Below are positions 1-8,121 of a DNA stretch of 32,395 bases, piece after piece. Source of the stretch: Candidatus Hadarchaeales archaeon. Lineage in GTDB: Archaea > Hadarchaeota > Hadarchaeia > Hadarchaeales > WYZ-LMO6. The position numbers were made by a program, and so were the translations under genes. The number at the start of each line of letters is the position of its first letter. Position 1 is the stretch's first letter. The notes beneath the pieces were generated by a model. That model was not told the origin of the DNA. It did not search any database and was given only the letters and a program-made list of their open reading frames with translations. The DNA lies in assembly GCA_038851755.1 (NCBI GenBank), contig JAWCKR010000016.1, positions 1 through 32,395 of the forward strand, read 5' to 3'.

Positions 1-2
1 TC

Positions 3-1250
3 ACCCACATCCACCAGAGCCCCGAGGACCTGGTGAAGAAGGTCAGGATGATGAGGCTGCTGGGGAGGAAGACCGGGAGCTGCTTCCAGAGGTGCGTGGG
101 GCTGGACGCCCTGAACTCCCTCTACATCGTCACCTACGAGATCGACCAGAAGCTGGGCACCGACTACCACCGCCGCTTCGTGGAGTACCTGAAGAGGGTG
201 CAGAGGGAGGACCTGATGTGCTCGGGGTCGGTGACGGACGTGAAGGGGGACAGGAGCCTGAGGCCCCACCAGCAGCCCGACCCGGACCTCTACGTGAGGG
301 TGGTGGAGAGGAGGGAGGACGGGATCGTGGTGAGGGGGGCCAAGGCCCACCAGACCGGGGCCGCCAACTCCCACGAGGCGGTGGTCCTGCCCACCCGCGC
401 CCTGGGGCCCGAGGACAGGGACTACGCCGTGGCCTTCTCCGTCCCCATCGACGCCCCCGGCCTCATCAACGTCTTCGGGAGGCAGACCAACGACACCAGG
501 AGGCTCGACGGGGAGATAGACTGCGGGAACCCGAACTACGGGATCGTGGGCGGGGAGACCCTGATGATCTTCAACGATGTGTTCGTCCCCTGGGAGAGGG
601 TGTTCATGTGCGGGGAGCACGAGTTCGCGGGGAGGCTGGTGGAGGTCTTCGCCACCTTCCACCGCCAGAACTACGGGGGGTGCAAGACGGGGGTGGCCGA
701 CGTCCTCATAGGGGCCTCCGCCCTGCTGGCGGAGTACAGCGGCATAGCGGGCTCCTCCCACGTGGAGGACAAACTGACCGAGATGGTCCACCTGGCCGAG
801 ACCTGCTGGTGCTGCTCGCTGGCCTGCTCCTACCTGGGGCACCGCACCCCTTCAGGGGCCTACCTGGCCGACCCCCTTCTGGCCAACGTGGTGAAGCTCA
901 ACATCACCCGTCTGCCCTACGAGTGGTCCAGGCTGGCGCAGGACCTGGCCGGGGGGCTGGTGACCACCGCCCCCTCGGAGAAGGACCTGAGGAGCCCGGA
1001 GGTCGGGAGGCTGGTGGAGAAGTACCTGACCAGGAAGAAAGGGGTACCGTCGGAGCACGTCCTCAGGCTCTTCAGGCTGGTGGAGAACCTCTCGCTGGGA
1101 GGACAGCTCCCGGAGTGCATGCATGGGGCGGGCTCCCCCCAGGCCCAGAAGATCGTGATCAGGAGGAGGGCGGGGATAGAGGAGAAGAAGGAACTTGCGA
1201 AGAGGATTGCGGGGCTGGAGAGGGACGAGGACCTGGAAAAGCTCAGGTAG
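3..1250 (+). CDS. abfD: 4-hydroxybutyryl-CoA dehydratase / vinylacetyl-CoA isomerase (HpaB/AbfD family), 5' partial
   Basis: Frame is open from the window edge (THIHQSPEDLVKK...). It has the [4Fe-4S] ligand motifs CFQRC and HRQNYGGC, plus TDVKGDRS, GAKAHQTG and HGAGSPQAQ typical of AbfD. Confidence 0.9.
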   Translation, partial: THIHQSPEDLVKKVRMMRLLGRKTGSCFQRCVGLDALNSLYIVTYEIDQKLGTDYHRRFVEYLKRVQREDLMCSGSVTDVKGDRSLRPHQQPDPDLYVRVVERREDGIVVRGAKAHQTGAANSHEAVVLPTRALGPEDRDYAVAFSVPIDAPGLINVFGRQTNDTRRLDGEIDCGNPNYGIVGGETLMIFNDVFVPWERVFMCGEHEFAGRLVEVFATFHRQNYGGCKTGVADVLIGASALLAEYSGIAGSSHVEDKLTEMVHLAETCWCCSLACSYLGHRTPSGAYLADPLLANVVKLNITRLPYEWSRLAQDLAGGLVTTAPSEKDLRSPEVGRLVEKYLTRKKGVPSEHVLRLFRLVENLSLGGQLPECMHGAGSPQAQKIVIRRRAGIEEKKELAKRIAGLERDEDLEKLR

Positions 1251-1252
1251 CC

Positions 1253-2290
1253 TCAAGGACTTTTAGACTTGGGTGGCTCAAGAAAAGCGTAGAACTCCAG
1301 GGGCCCGAGCTCCCTGAACTCCTTCGTCTGTTCCACCAAATGCTTCCTGATGTCCGCGCAGAGGTGGCAGGCTGAGACATAGCCCTCCTCTCTCTCCCTG
1401 TACCCGTAGTCTCCTCCCAGCTTCAGGAGATCCCCCAGGCTCCTGGTCAGGGCTTTTATGACGGGGAAGTCCTCCAGCTCCAGCTCGGCGGGGAACTCCA
1501 GCTTCCTGGCATCTCCCAGGGAGATCCCGCCGCAGTACCCAGGAAGGTAGTTGAAGTAGTTGTCCACGTGCACGTGCCAGGACCTGGTGAGTTCGTCCAG
1601 ACAGGAGCGGTGAAGGAAGTGCTCCGCGGGATACCTGGTACAGAGGTGCCCCAGCCTGAAGGGGAACCTGCCCCTGGGCAGGAGCTCCAGCTCGGCCAGG
1701 ATCTCCTCTCCCTCCAGCTCCAGCAGCCTCTCCAGCCTCAGGGTCCCGCGAATCCCCCTCCGCAGAGCCCAGTTGAAAAATCCTTCCTGATAGACCAGGA
1801 GGTTGCCCCCGAAGATCTCCCTCCCCACCTTCACCGCCAGCCTGGCGCGCTCGAAAGGAACGTGCTCCAGCGTGAAGGGGTTGACGCTCACCAGCAGCCC
1901 GTCCAGCCCCTCCTCCCTGAGGATGAGGAGCTTCTCCCTTGCCTCCTCTTCCTCCGCGCACCAGTGCGCGTTGGTCTCCACGAAGGTCGCCGGAATCTCC
2001 AGCCCCTTCGCCATCCCCACCAGCATGCGCAGGAGGGGGAAGTTGAGGAAGGGCTCGCCCCCAGTGAAGTGCAGGCCCAGGTTCACCCCCACCCTGCTGA
2101 AGCCGGGGGGATACTGCTCCCTGAAGGAAGAGGCGAGCTTCGTCAGGACCTTTCTGGCACCCACGGGATCTATCCAGTTCTCCCCCCGGCGCGGGGAGCA
2201 GGCGTACATGCAGTGCCTGCACTCCCCCGTGCACCTGTACGTGAGGAAGAGACCGCAGGAGAAGGGGGGAGGTATCCTGAGGGTGCTCAT
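1253..2290 (-). CDS. Radical SAM protein (345 aa) with C-terminal Cys motif
   Basis: CTGECRHC (CxxxCxxC), FTGGEPFL, ETNA and C-terminal SACHLC. ATG at 2290 chosen because the upstream part of the 572-aa ORF is antisense to the next gene. Confidence 0.88.
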   Translation of the reverse strand: MSTLRIPPPFSCGLFLTYRCTGECRHCMYACSPRRGENWIDPVGARKVLTKLASSFREQYPPGFSRVGVNLGLHFTGGEPFLNFPLLRMLVGMAKGLEIPATFVETNAHWCAEEEEAREKLLILREEGLDGLLVSVNPFTLEHVPFERARLAVKVGREIFGGNLLVYQEGFFNWALRRGIRGTLRLERLLELEGEEILAELELLPRGRFPFRLGHLCTRYPAEHFLHRSCLDELTRSWHVHVDNYFNYLPGYCGGISLGDARKLEFPAELELEDFPVIKALTRSLGDLLKLGGDYGYREREEGYVSACHLCADIRKHLVEQTKEFRELGPLEFYAFLEPPKSKSP

Positions 2291-2377
2291 CCCTTCTCTT
2301 GGAAGGCCAGAAAGAAGAGCCTTCCCCCTCTCAAGCAGGGAACAAACTGAAAAACCGCGGGAAGGGTAGAGGGAGGG

Positions 2378-3187
2378 ATGAAGGGGCCCGTGACCAGAAC
2401 GCTGGAGGTGAACGGGGAAACCGTTTCCTACACCATCGAGTGGAGGAGGGTGAGTTGTCCGAGGCTGGAGTTCAGGTTCGGAGACCTCAGGGTCATCCTG
2501 CCCAGAGGCATGAGGGACGAAACCCCGGTGGTGGAAAAAAATCTGGACTGGATCCTCAGGAAGCGGGAGCAATTCAGGGAGGCCAGGGAGAGGGTGAAGG
2601 CCGAGCTGGGTGGGGAGGAAGGAATACTCATCCTGGGAATTCTCCACCGGACGGAGCCGGGAAAGCCCCTCGTCCTCTCCCTGGACGGCAGGTCCAGGAA
2701 GTTCAACCTGGAGAAGGAGGGCGGGAGGAGGAGGCTCAAAGGCTTCCTCAGGAGGTTCCTGCTCGAGGAAGTCCACCGCCTGGCGCGCGAGTACTCCTCC
2801 AGGTGGGGGGTGGAGTTCCGCAGGATCTACCTCCGGAACCAGAGAACGAGGTGGGCGAGCTGCTCCTCCTCCGGCAACCTGAGCTTCAACTTCAGACTGA
2901 TCCACCTTCCCCCCAGACTGGTGAGGTACGTGGTCTGCCATGAGGTGCTCCACCTTCTGGAGAGGGGACACGGCAAAGGGTTCTGGCGGAGGATCGAGGA
3001 GGAGTTCCCCGACTACAGGGAGATAAAGCGAAAGTTGGTGGACTACGGAATTTTCATCCAGGGAAACCAGACCTGGCCCTTCACCCTTTCCCCGGCGAAA
3101 ACCGCAGGTGGAACGGGGAAAGAACCAGCAAGAATCGAATCCCTCGATTCAAATGAAGGCCTCGAACCGCCTTCTGAACTCCTCTAA
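2378..3187 (+). CDS. YgjP/DUF45 (M48/SprT-like) zinc metallohydrolase
   Basis: RNQRTRWASCSSSGNLSFN followed by YVVCHEVLHLLERGHGKGFW (HExxH...H). GGAGG before the ATG. The last ~40 aa look like a non-conserved tail. Confidence 0.85.
   Translation: MKGPVTRTLEVNGETVSYTIEWRRVSCPRLEFRFGDLRVILPRGMRDETPVVEKNLDWILRKREQFREARERVKAELGGEEGILILGILHRTEPGKPLVLSLDGRSRKFNLEKEGGRRRLKGFLRRFLLEEVHRLAREYSSRWGVEFRRIYLRNQRTRWASCSSSGNLSFNFRLIHLPPRLVRYVVCHEVLHLLERGHGKGFWRRIEEEFPDYREIKRKLVDYGIFIQGNQTWPFTLSPAKTAGGTGKEPARIESLDSNEGLEPPSELL
3132..3174. terminator. Two small hairpins at the junction of convergent genes
   Basis: GAATCGA-n5-TCGATTC (3132-3150) and GAAGGC-n8-GCCTTC (3155-3174). Terminator function is inferred from position only. 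Confidence 0.3.
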
Positions 3188-3190
3188 AGG

Positions 3191-4771
3191 CTATCCTCTC
3201 ACCCTTTCTCCCGTAATCCCATCGATCTCCACTTCCCTCCCCGAGGAGTAGCGGGCGAGGTAAAGCGGGTAGTAGAAGACCTGGAAGCGGGCGAGATCCG
3301 CCTCCGGCTCCAGGGCCTTCAGGGCCTTCCTCAGGCCCTCCTCCGTGAGCCTGCACCGTCTGGGATGGGAGAGCCTTCCACCGGGAGGGAGGGAGAACCT
3401 TACCCTGCCCCCCAGATCGGGGAGATGGACCGTCCCCAGGGGAAAGTAAATCTTCGTCCTTCCCACGTGCCTGTACGTGACGCGCCTGGCCCTCTCCAGC
3501 TCCTGCAGGGCCTTCCTGACCGTGGGCTCCGAGAGTCCCGTCCGCCCCTCCAGCTCGGGAAGCCCCGCCTCCCCGGTCCTCGCCAGCTCCACCAGCACCC
3601 TCGCCGCGCTCTCCCCCAGCCCCAGGAGGTCCTCGAAGCCCCTCGCCCGCCTCAGTCCCCCCCGCAGGTCCACCAGGCACCCGTCCTCTCCATCCAGGAG
3701 GAAGGAGGAGACCTTCCAGCCCCTCCGCAGGAGTCCCCCCGGATGAGCCACCTCCACGTAAAACAGGGGATGGTGCACGAGTTCCAGACTCACGAGCCTC
3801 TCCTCCTCCCCGAAGATCAGGAAGCGCCTCCTCCTCCCCGCCTCCGCCCTCTCCAGGACTTCCTCCCGGTCCACCTGCGTGGGGAGCACGGGGCCCTCCT
3901 CCGGACCACCCTCCGCGGGGGGAAACTCGGGCGCGGGGAACGCGGGGGCGACCTCCCCCAGCTTCTTTATTATGTCGGACAGCCTCCCCACCGGTTTTGG
4001 GAGGAGCTTGGGGGTGGTGCCCCCGTGGGTGGTCTCGCGGGGGAGAATCCTGACCCTGTGTCCGCGCTCCACGAAGGAACCCATCACGAAGAACTCCCCC
4101 GGTCTCAGCCTGGGGAGTTCCAGCAGCTCCCTGCGGGAGGCGAAGAAGGGCGAGACCGCCTCCAGGTCTGCCTCCACCGTGAGCTTCCCCAGGATCTGGT
4201 TGTTGCACTGGCTCAGGAGGTCCTTGCTCACGAGAGCCGGACGCTGGGTGGCGAGGAGGAGGCCCAGCCCCCTCTTCCTTCCCCTCCTGCTTATCTCCAG
4301 CAGCTCCTGCAGGGGCCTGCCGCGCTGCGGGGCGAACTTCTCCGCCTCCTCCACCACCAGCAGGTAGGGGGTGCGCAGCTTGGACTCCACCTCGTAAAGG
4401 GCACCGCAGAGCCTGGAAACCGCCATACGCTCGTCCAGCGCTTCTGAGGTGTCCAGGATCACGGGGATATTGCTCTCCACAGCCATCCTGAAGAGCCGAT
4501 TGCGATCGACCCTCTCCAGGTCCACGTCAGCCGGGGGACTCCTCCCAGCCCAAAGAACCTGAAACTTTTCCTTCAGGCTGAAGTACTCCCCCTCGGGGTC
4601 CACGATACAGAAGCCCACGTTCAGCTTGCAGAGCTGCTCGCAAACCACCCCTATCGTCCAGCTCTTCCCAGAGCCGCTCTGCCCTATCACCGCCGTCCTT
4701 CCGGTCACCAGCTCATGAACCCTCACCCTTACTTCCTTACCCTCCGCGGTGCCCAGCGGGAGTCCCTCCAT
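3191..4771 (-). CDS. HerA/FtsK-like (DUF87) ATPase with C-terminal winged-helix domain
   Basis: Walker A GQSGSGKS, IVDPEGEY, Walker B LLVVEEAE, RRGRKRG and ATQRPA. C-terminal HTH LPELEGRTGLSEPTVRKALQEL. Confidence 0.88.
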   Translation of the reverse strand: MEGLPLGTAEGKEVRVRVHELVTGRTAVIGQSGSGKSWTIGVVCEQLCKLNVGFCIVDPEGEYFSLKEKFQVLWAGRSPPADVDLERVDRNRLFRMAVESNIPVILDTSEALDERMAVSRLCGALYEVESKLRTPYLLVVEEAEKFAPQRGRPLQELLEISRRGRKRGLGLLLATQRPALVSKDLLSQCNNQILGKLTVEADLEAVSPFFASRRELLELPRLRPGEFFVMGSFVERGHRVRILPRETTHGGTTPKLLPKPVGRLSDIIKKLGEVAPAFPAPEFPPAEGGPEEGPVLPTQVDREEVLERAEAGRRRRFLIFGEEERLVSLELVHHPLFYVEVAHPGGLLRRGWKVSSFLLDGEDGCLVDLRGGLRRARGFEDLLGLGESAARVLVELARTGEAGLPELEGRTGLSEPTVRKALQELERARRVTYRHVGRTKIYFPLGTVHLPDLGGRVRFSLPPGGRLSHPRRCRLTEEGLRKALKALEPEADLARFQVFYYPLYLARYSSGREVEIDGITGERVRG

Positions 4772-4844
4772 CCTTCAACCTACACCCGCAGGGTAAAAAC
4801 GGCGCCCGATTCCCCTCTGATTCTGGCTCCAGTTTACGGAGCAC

Positions 4845-4852
4845 TTATAAAA
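4845..4852 (+). promoter_or_regulatory. Archaeal TATA box for the 4874 gene
   Basis: TTATAAAA ~25 nt upstream of the in-frame GTG at 4874 (leaderless geometry). Confidence 0.55.
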
Positions 4853-4873
4853 ACCCTGGTTGAAAGCTCAGAA

Positions 4874-5767
4874 GTGAAAATCCGGAAAAAATCCCTCCTG
4901 AAGGCGGCCGCCGGGATCCTGGCCTCCGGGGCAGCCTTCTCCCTCTCCCTCCTCCTCCTGGTCCGCCTCTTCGGCTGGCCCGGGCTCACCCCTCCCCTGA
5001 TGGGGATGCTGGCGGTGGCCTGGGTGGCCGGGGCCTCGGCGGGCGGGAAGCTGGCCGGGGGCTGGGCGGCCGGGGTCAGCCTCCTGCTGGCCGTGGGGCT
5101 GGTGGGGGCGGTGGCCTACCGGGCCTGGAGGGAGGAGGCCGGGGGGCCGGTGACCTGGAGGGTGGACGCCACCTTCGCCTACGTGAGTTCGCCGGAGAAC
5201 AGGCCGCTGGAGAACGTGGCCGTGTTCTTCCCCGTCCCGAGGGCGGAGAACGGGGGGCCGGTGGGCGAGTACTGGATAGGGTGGAAGCTCTACAAGGTGG
5301 ACGAGAACGGGGTCTGGCACCTCCAGCACACCTGCAACTACGACAACTCCTTCGAGCCCGTGAACCTCTACCCGCCGAGGGAGAGCCGGCTAGTGGAAAT
5401 CAAGGGGGGAACAGGGCCAGGCGGTACTACGAATGGTCTTAGGATGATGGAGGGCGGTTTCTACTTCGACAGGCTCTACCCCGGGGAGGTCATTTGGGCT
5501 TACGGATGGGTAGTAACCCGCGAAAAGAAGGTGACCCTGCGCCTCCCCAACGACAACAGGAGCGGAGGAGGAATGCTTGGTTTTGCCACTCTAGGAGAGT
5601 TCAGGAGGTTTGAGTTTCCTGTCCATGTGATCGTTTGGGCCAGCCTTTCAAAGCTCGTTAAAGGCGAGAACGGGATGTACTTCCAAAAGGTGGAGGGGGA
5701 AGAGTACAGGAGGGAAGTGGAGGACCACACTGGAGAAACTGGCTTCTACCTTTACTTATACAAATAG
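4874..5767 (+). CDS. Hypothetical membrane protein (3 N-terminal TM helices plus soluble beta-rich domain)
   Basis: Part of ORF 4715..5767. GTG 4874 gives MKIRKKSLL followed by three hydrophobic segments, then a ~200-aa polar beta-like domain. Confidence 0.75.
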   Translation: MKIRKKSLLKAAAGILASGAAFSLSLLLLVRLFGWPGLTPPLMGMLAVAWVAGASAGGKLAGGWAAGVSLLLAVGLVGAVAYRAWREEAGGPVTWRVDATFAYVSSPENRPLENVAVFFPVPRAENGGPVGEYWIGWKLYKVDENGVWHLQHTCNYDNSFEPVNLYPPRESRLVEIKGGTGPGGTTNGLRMMEGGFYFDRLYPGEVIWAYGWVVTREKKVTLRLPNDNRSGGGMLGFATLGEFRRFEFPVHVIVWASLSKLVKGENGMYFQKVEGEEYRREVEDHTGETGFYLYLYK

Positions 5768-8046
5768 GGTGGATTTTCTATCGCCTCTTTCTCAGCTATC
5801 TCCCTCAGCGCAGGATCCCAGTAGTTCAGGTAGACTATTGTACCCTCGGGCAGGTTGGAGACGCAGGGATCACCCGGCAACAGGTACTCGACCTTCCCGG
5901 TCTGCAAGTCTTTGAGCACGAGCGGGTAGTTCCAGTTTACGGCTTCCGCCTGGGTGAGCGGACCACCGGCCGTTCCCCCGTCGTAGGAGCCCAAGAGCCG
6001 CTTGAACTGGCCAACAACGGTGCCCCCAACACCTATTCCCTCCACCCACATGGTGATTTCGTAGTTATCGTTCGGCAGCACGTTCTCCTCCCCCACCAGC
6101 CTGGCGGACCCCTCGGCCGTCACCCTGAGGGAGCCGGAGGCCACCTCCCTCCTCCTCCCGCTCAGGTCCACGGCGTAGGCCCTCACGGTGGCCGTGTGGG
6201 TGCCCGGGGAGCCGGGGGAAACGGTGAGGGTGGCGGAGGCCGGGCTGGAGAACCGGAGCTCGGAGGCCCCCAGGCTCCCCCCTGAAGCCTCCAGGTAGAC
6301 CGGTCCCACGTACCCGTTCTTCGGGGTCAGGGTTACGGTGGCGGAGACCGGGGACCAGGAGGCGGGGACCTCGTAGACCCGGTAGGCGGTGTAGTTCTCC
6401 ACCCTCACGACGGGGGTCCTGACGACCGTGTAGGTCCTCTGGAGCTCCGTCACGCACCCCGGCTGGGGGGACCCTTCGGGGGTGAAGGGGAAGGGGAACT
6501 CCACCTTCACCTCGAGGGCCGTCCCCATCATGCCGAGGACGGTGACCTTCCCGAGCTTCCCGTTCTCCCAGTAAGTGGTCCCGTTAGCCGGCGGGCGCTC
6601 GCCCCTCCTCTCCACCCACCCGTAGACCGGCTCCGCCTTGGTGGCCAGGTAGCCGGTGAGCTCCTGCCTGGTGGAGGAGGTGACGTTCCGGTAATCCCAA
6701 CCGTCCCCGCTCACCGGCGGGGAGGAGAAGGTCTGCCTCCCCCTGAAGACCCAGCCGTAGTCGTCCACTGTCCTCACGGTCCTGGTGTAGGTGTCATAAC
6801 CGTAGGAGTAGCGGGTGCCGGTGGTGTAGACGGTGTGGGAGTAGGTGTACTCCTTCTTCCAGTCCTCAGACCACCCTCCCCCGGTGGTGAAGGAGAGCCC
6901 CTTGTAGGAGGCGAAGGTCTCAGTCCCGCTCCCCTGGTACTTCCAAGAACCCCACCCCGGCGGGAGCCAGCGCCAGCTCCTCTTGTAAAGGGCGTAGCTG
7001 TACACGTACCCCGAGGGGACCTGGGTGGTGTAGGAGGTCACCCACCAGACCCTCTTCTCGGTCTCGGAGACCATTTCCTCTTTCCCGTTCACCACGCCCG
7101 AGGGGATGCCCGAGAGGCCCGTGGCGAGGGTCGTGGTCCCGCCCTTCGCCCATGGCCCGTACTCCTTGTGGGAGCCCACCTTCTCCCAGTGATAGACATC
7201 CGCCTGGTACTCCGTGAAGGTCAGGTACTGCGGGGCCACGCTCCAGCCCTGCGCCTTCAGGACCTCCACCTCGTTCTTCTCCTCCCGGTAGGTGGCGGAG
7301 TTCCAGTCGCCGCTCACCTTGGTCCAGCGGTAGCCCGAGGGGAGGGAGGGCAGGTCGGTGTGCAGCGGGCCCACTCCGTAGATGGTGTAGGTCCTCCCGG
7401 TGGGCACCCAGGTCCCCGCCTCCGGCCCCAGGCTCCGGTTCTCGGTCTCGGCTCCCGTCTGGGCCCACTCCTTCCACCTCCACCCCGAGGCGGCGTTCTC
7501 TTCCCTGTAACCGGTCACCACCTGCCTGTCGACCAGATGGGGAACTGCCACCAGCTGGAAAGAAACTGGAAAAGAAAGAGCGGAGTTTTCCAAGAGGGAG
7601 AGGGAAAAGGGGCGAAAGAGGAGCTCCAGCACTCCCAGATTCCTCACCCTCCCCGCCTGGAGGGAACCGTGGATCACCAGTTCCCCGCCTTCTCTGAGGA
7701 CCTCCAAGTTCTCACGGCTCAGGCGCTGGAGAAGGGAGGAGGAAGGCTCGTATCCAGGAGCAGGTATCCTGAGCCAGAACTCGTGGGTTCCGGGTTCCAG
7801 GCCACCCAGCCCGAAGGAGAACTCACCACCTGGACCTGAGGAGGTGGAGTAAAACCTCGGGACCGAGTGTACCTCCAGGGAAAGGGGGAGGGTGAGACCT
7901 CCCAGCTCCTCCTCCACCATCCCCTCCAGGACGGTGAGAGTGCCGGAGTAGTAAGAAACGTAGTCGCGCTGAAGCGAGGACACGGGACAGGACGAGAAAA
8001 GGATGAGGAAAAGGGAAACCAGAGCGAGAGTCCACTCCCGTGTCAT
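5752..8046 (-). CDS. Large exported/cell-surface protein (764 aa): Ig-like domains, W/Y/T/G-rich central region, divergent C-terminal domain
   Basis: Hydrophobic signal WTLALVSLFLILFSSC (possible lipobox). Ig-like motifs GLEPGTHEFWL and SATVTLTPKNGYVGPVYLEAS...GTHTATVRA. No C-terminal TM anchor. Confidence 0.8.
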   Translation of the reverse strand: MTREWTLALVSLFLILFSSCPVSSLQRDYVSYYSGTLTVLEGMVEEELGGLTLPLSLEVHSVPRFYSTSSGPGGEFSFGLGGLEPGTHEFWLRIPAPGYEPSSSLLQRLSRENLEVLREGGELVIHGSLQAGRVRNLGVLELLFRPFSLSLLENSALSFPVSFQLVAVPHLVDRQVVTGYREENAASGWRWKEWAQTGAETENRSLGPEAGTWVPTGRTYTIYGVGPLHTDLPSLPSGYRWTKVSGDWNSATYREEKNEVEVLKAQGWSVAPQYLTFTEYQADVYHWEKVGSHKEYGPWAKGGTTTLATGLSGIPSGVVNGKEEMVSETEKRVWWVTSYTTQVPSGYVYSYALYKRSWRWLPPGWGSWKYQGSGTETFASYKGLSFTTGGGWSEDWKKEYTYSHTVYTTGTRYSYGYDTYTRTVRTVDDYGWVFRGRQTFSSPPVSGDGWDYRNVTSSTRQELTGYLATKAEPVYGWVERRGERPPANGTTYWENGKLGKVTVLGMMGTALEVKVEFPFPFTPEGSPQPGCVTELQRTYTVVRTPVVRVENYTAYRVYEVPASWSPVSATVTLTPKNGYVGPVYLEASGGSLGASELRFSSPASATLTVSPGSPGTHTATVRAYAVDLSGRRREVASGSLRVTAEGSARLVGEENVLPNDNYEITMWVEGIGVGGTVVGQFKRLLGSYDGGTAGGPLTQAEAVNWNYPLVLKDLQTGKVEYLLPGDPCVSNLPEGTIVYLNYWDPALREIAEKEAIENPPYLYK

Positions 8047-8121
8047 CCCCCCGCCACCTCCAGTCGCTGAACTCTTTTTTTACTTCCCACCCGCTTTTTT
8101 CTCTTTCGGTCCCCTGAGGTA

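Noticed and set aside
3-1250. AbfD as proof of an autotrophic HP/HB or DC/HB cycle
   Set aside because: AbfD homologs also act in fermentative and other pathways, and no cycle-specific carboxylase or reductase genes are in this window.
2291-2971. N-terminal 227 aa of the 572-aa ORF as a fusion to the radical SAM domain
   Set aside because: It lies antisense to the YgjP-like gene, and the radical SAM domain starts naturally at ATG 2290.
3071-3213. Short direct repeat TCACCCTTTC (3081 and 3199) resembling a duplicated HerA 3' end
   Set aside because: Only 10 exact nt of low-complexity pyrimidine sequence in a strongly skewed genome, so chance is likely.
5385-6105. Invertible segment or DGR variable region as an explanation of the low-GC block
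   Set aside because: Only a weak RLV-coding similarity at the two edges, not a convincing inverted repeat. No invertase, reverse transcriptase or template repeat in the window.
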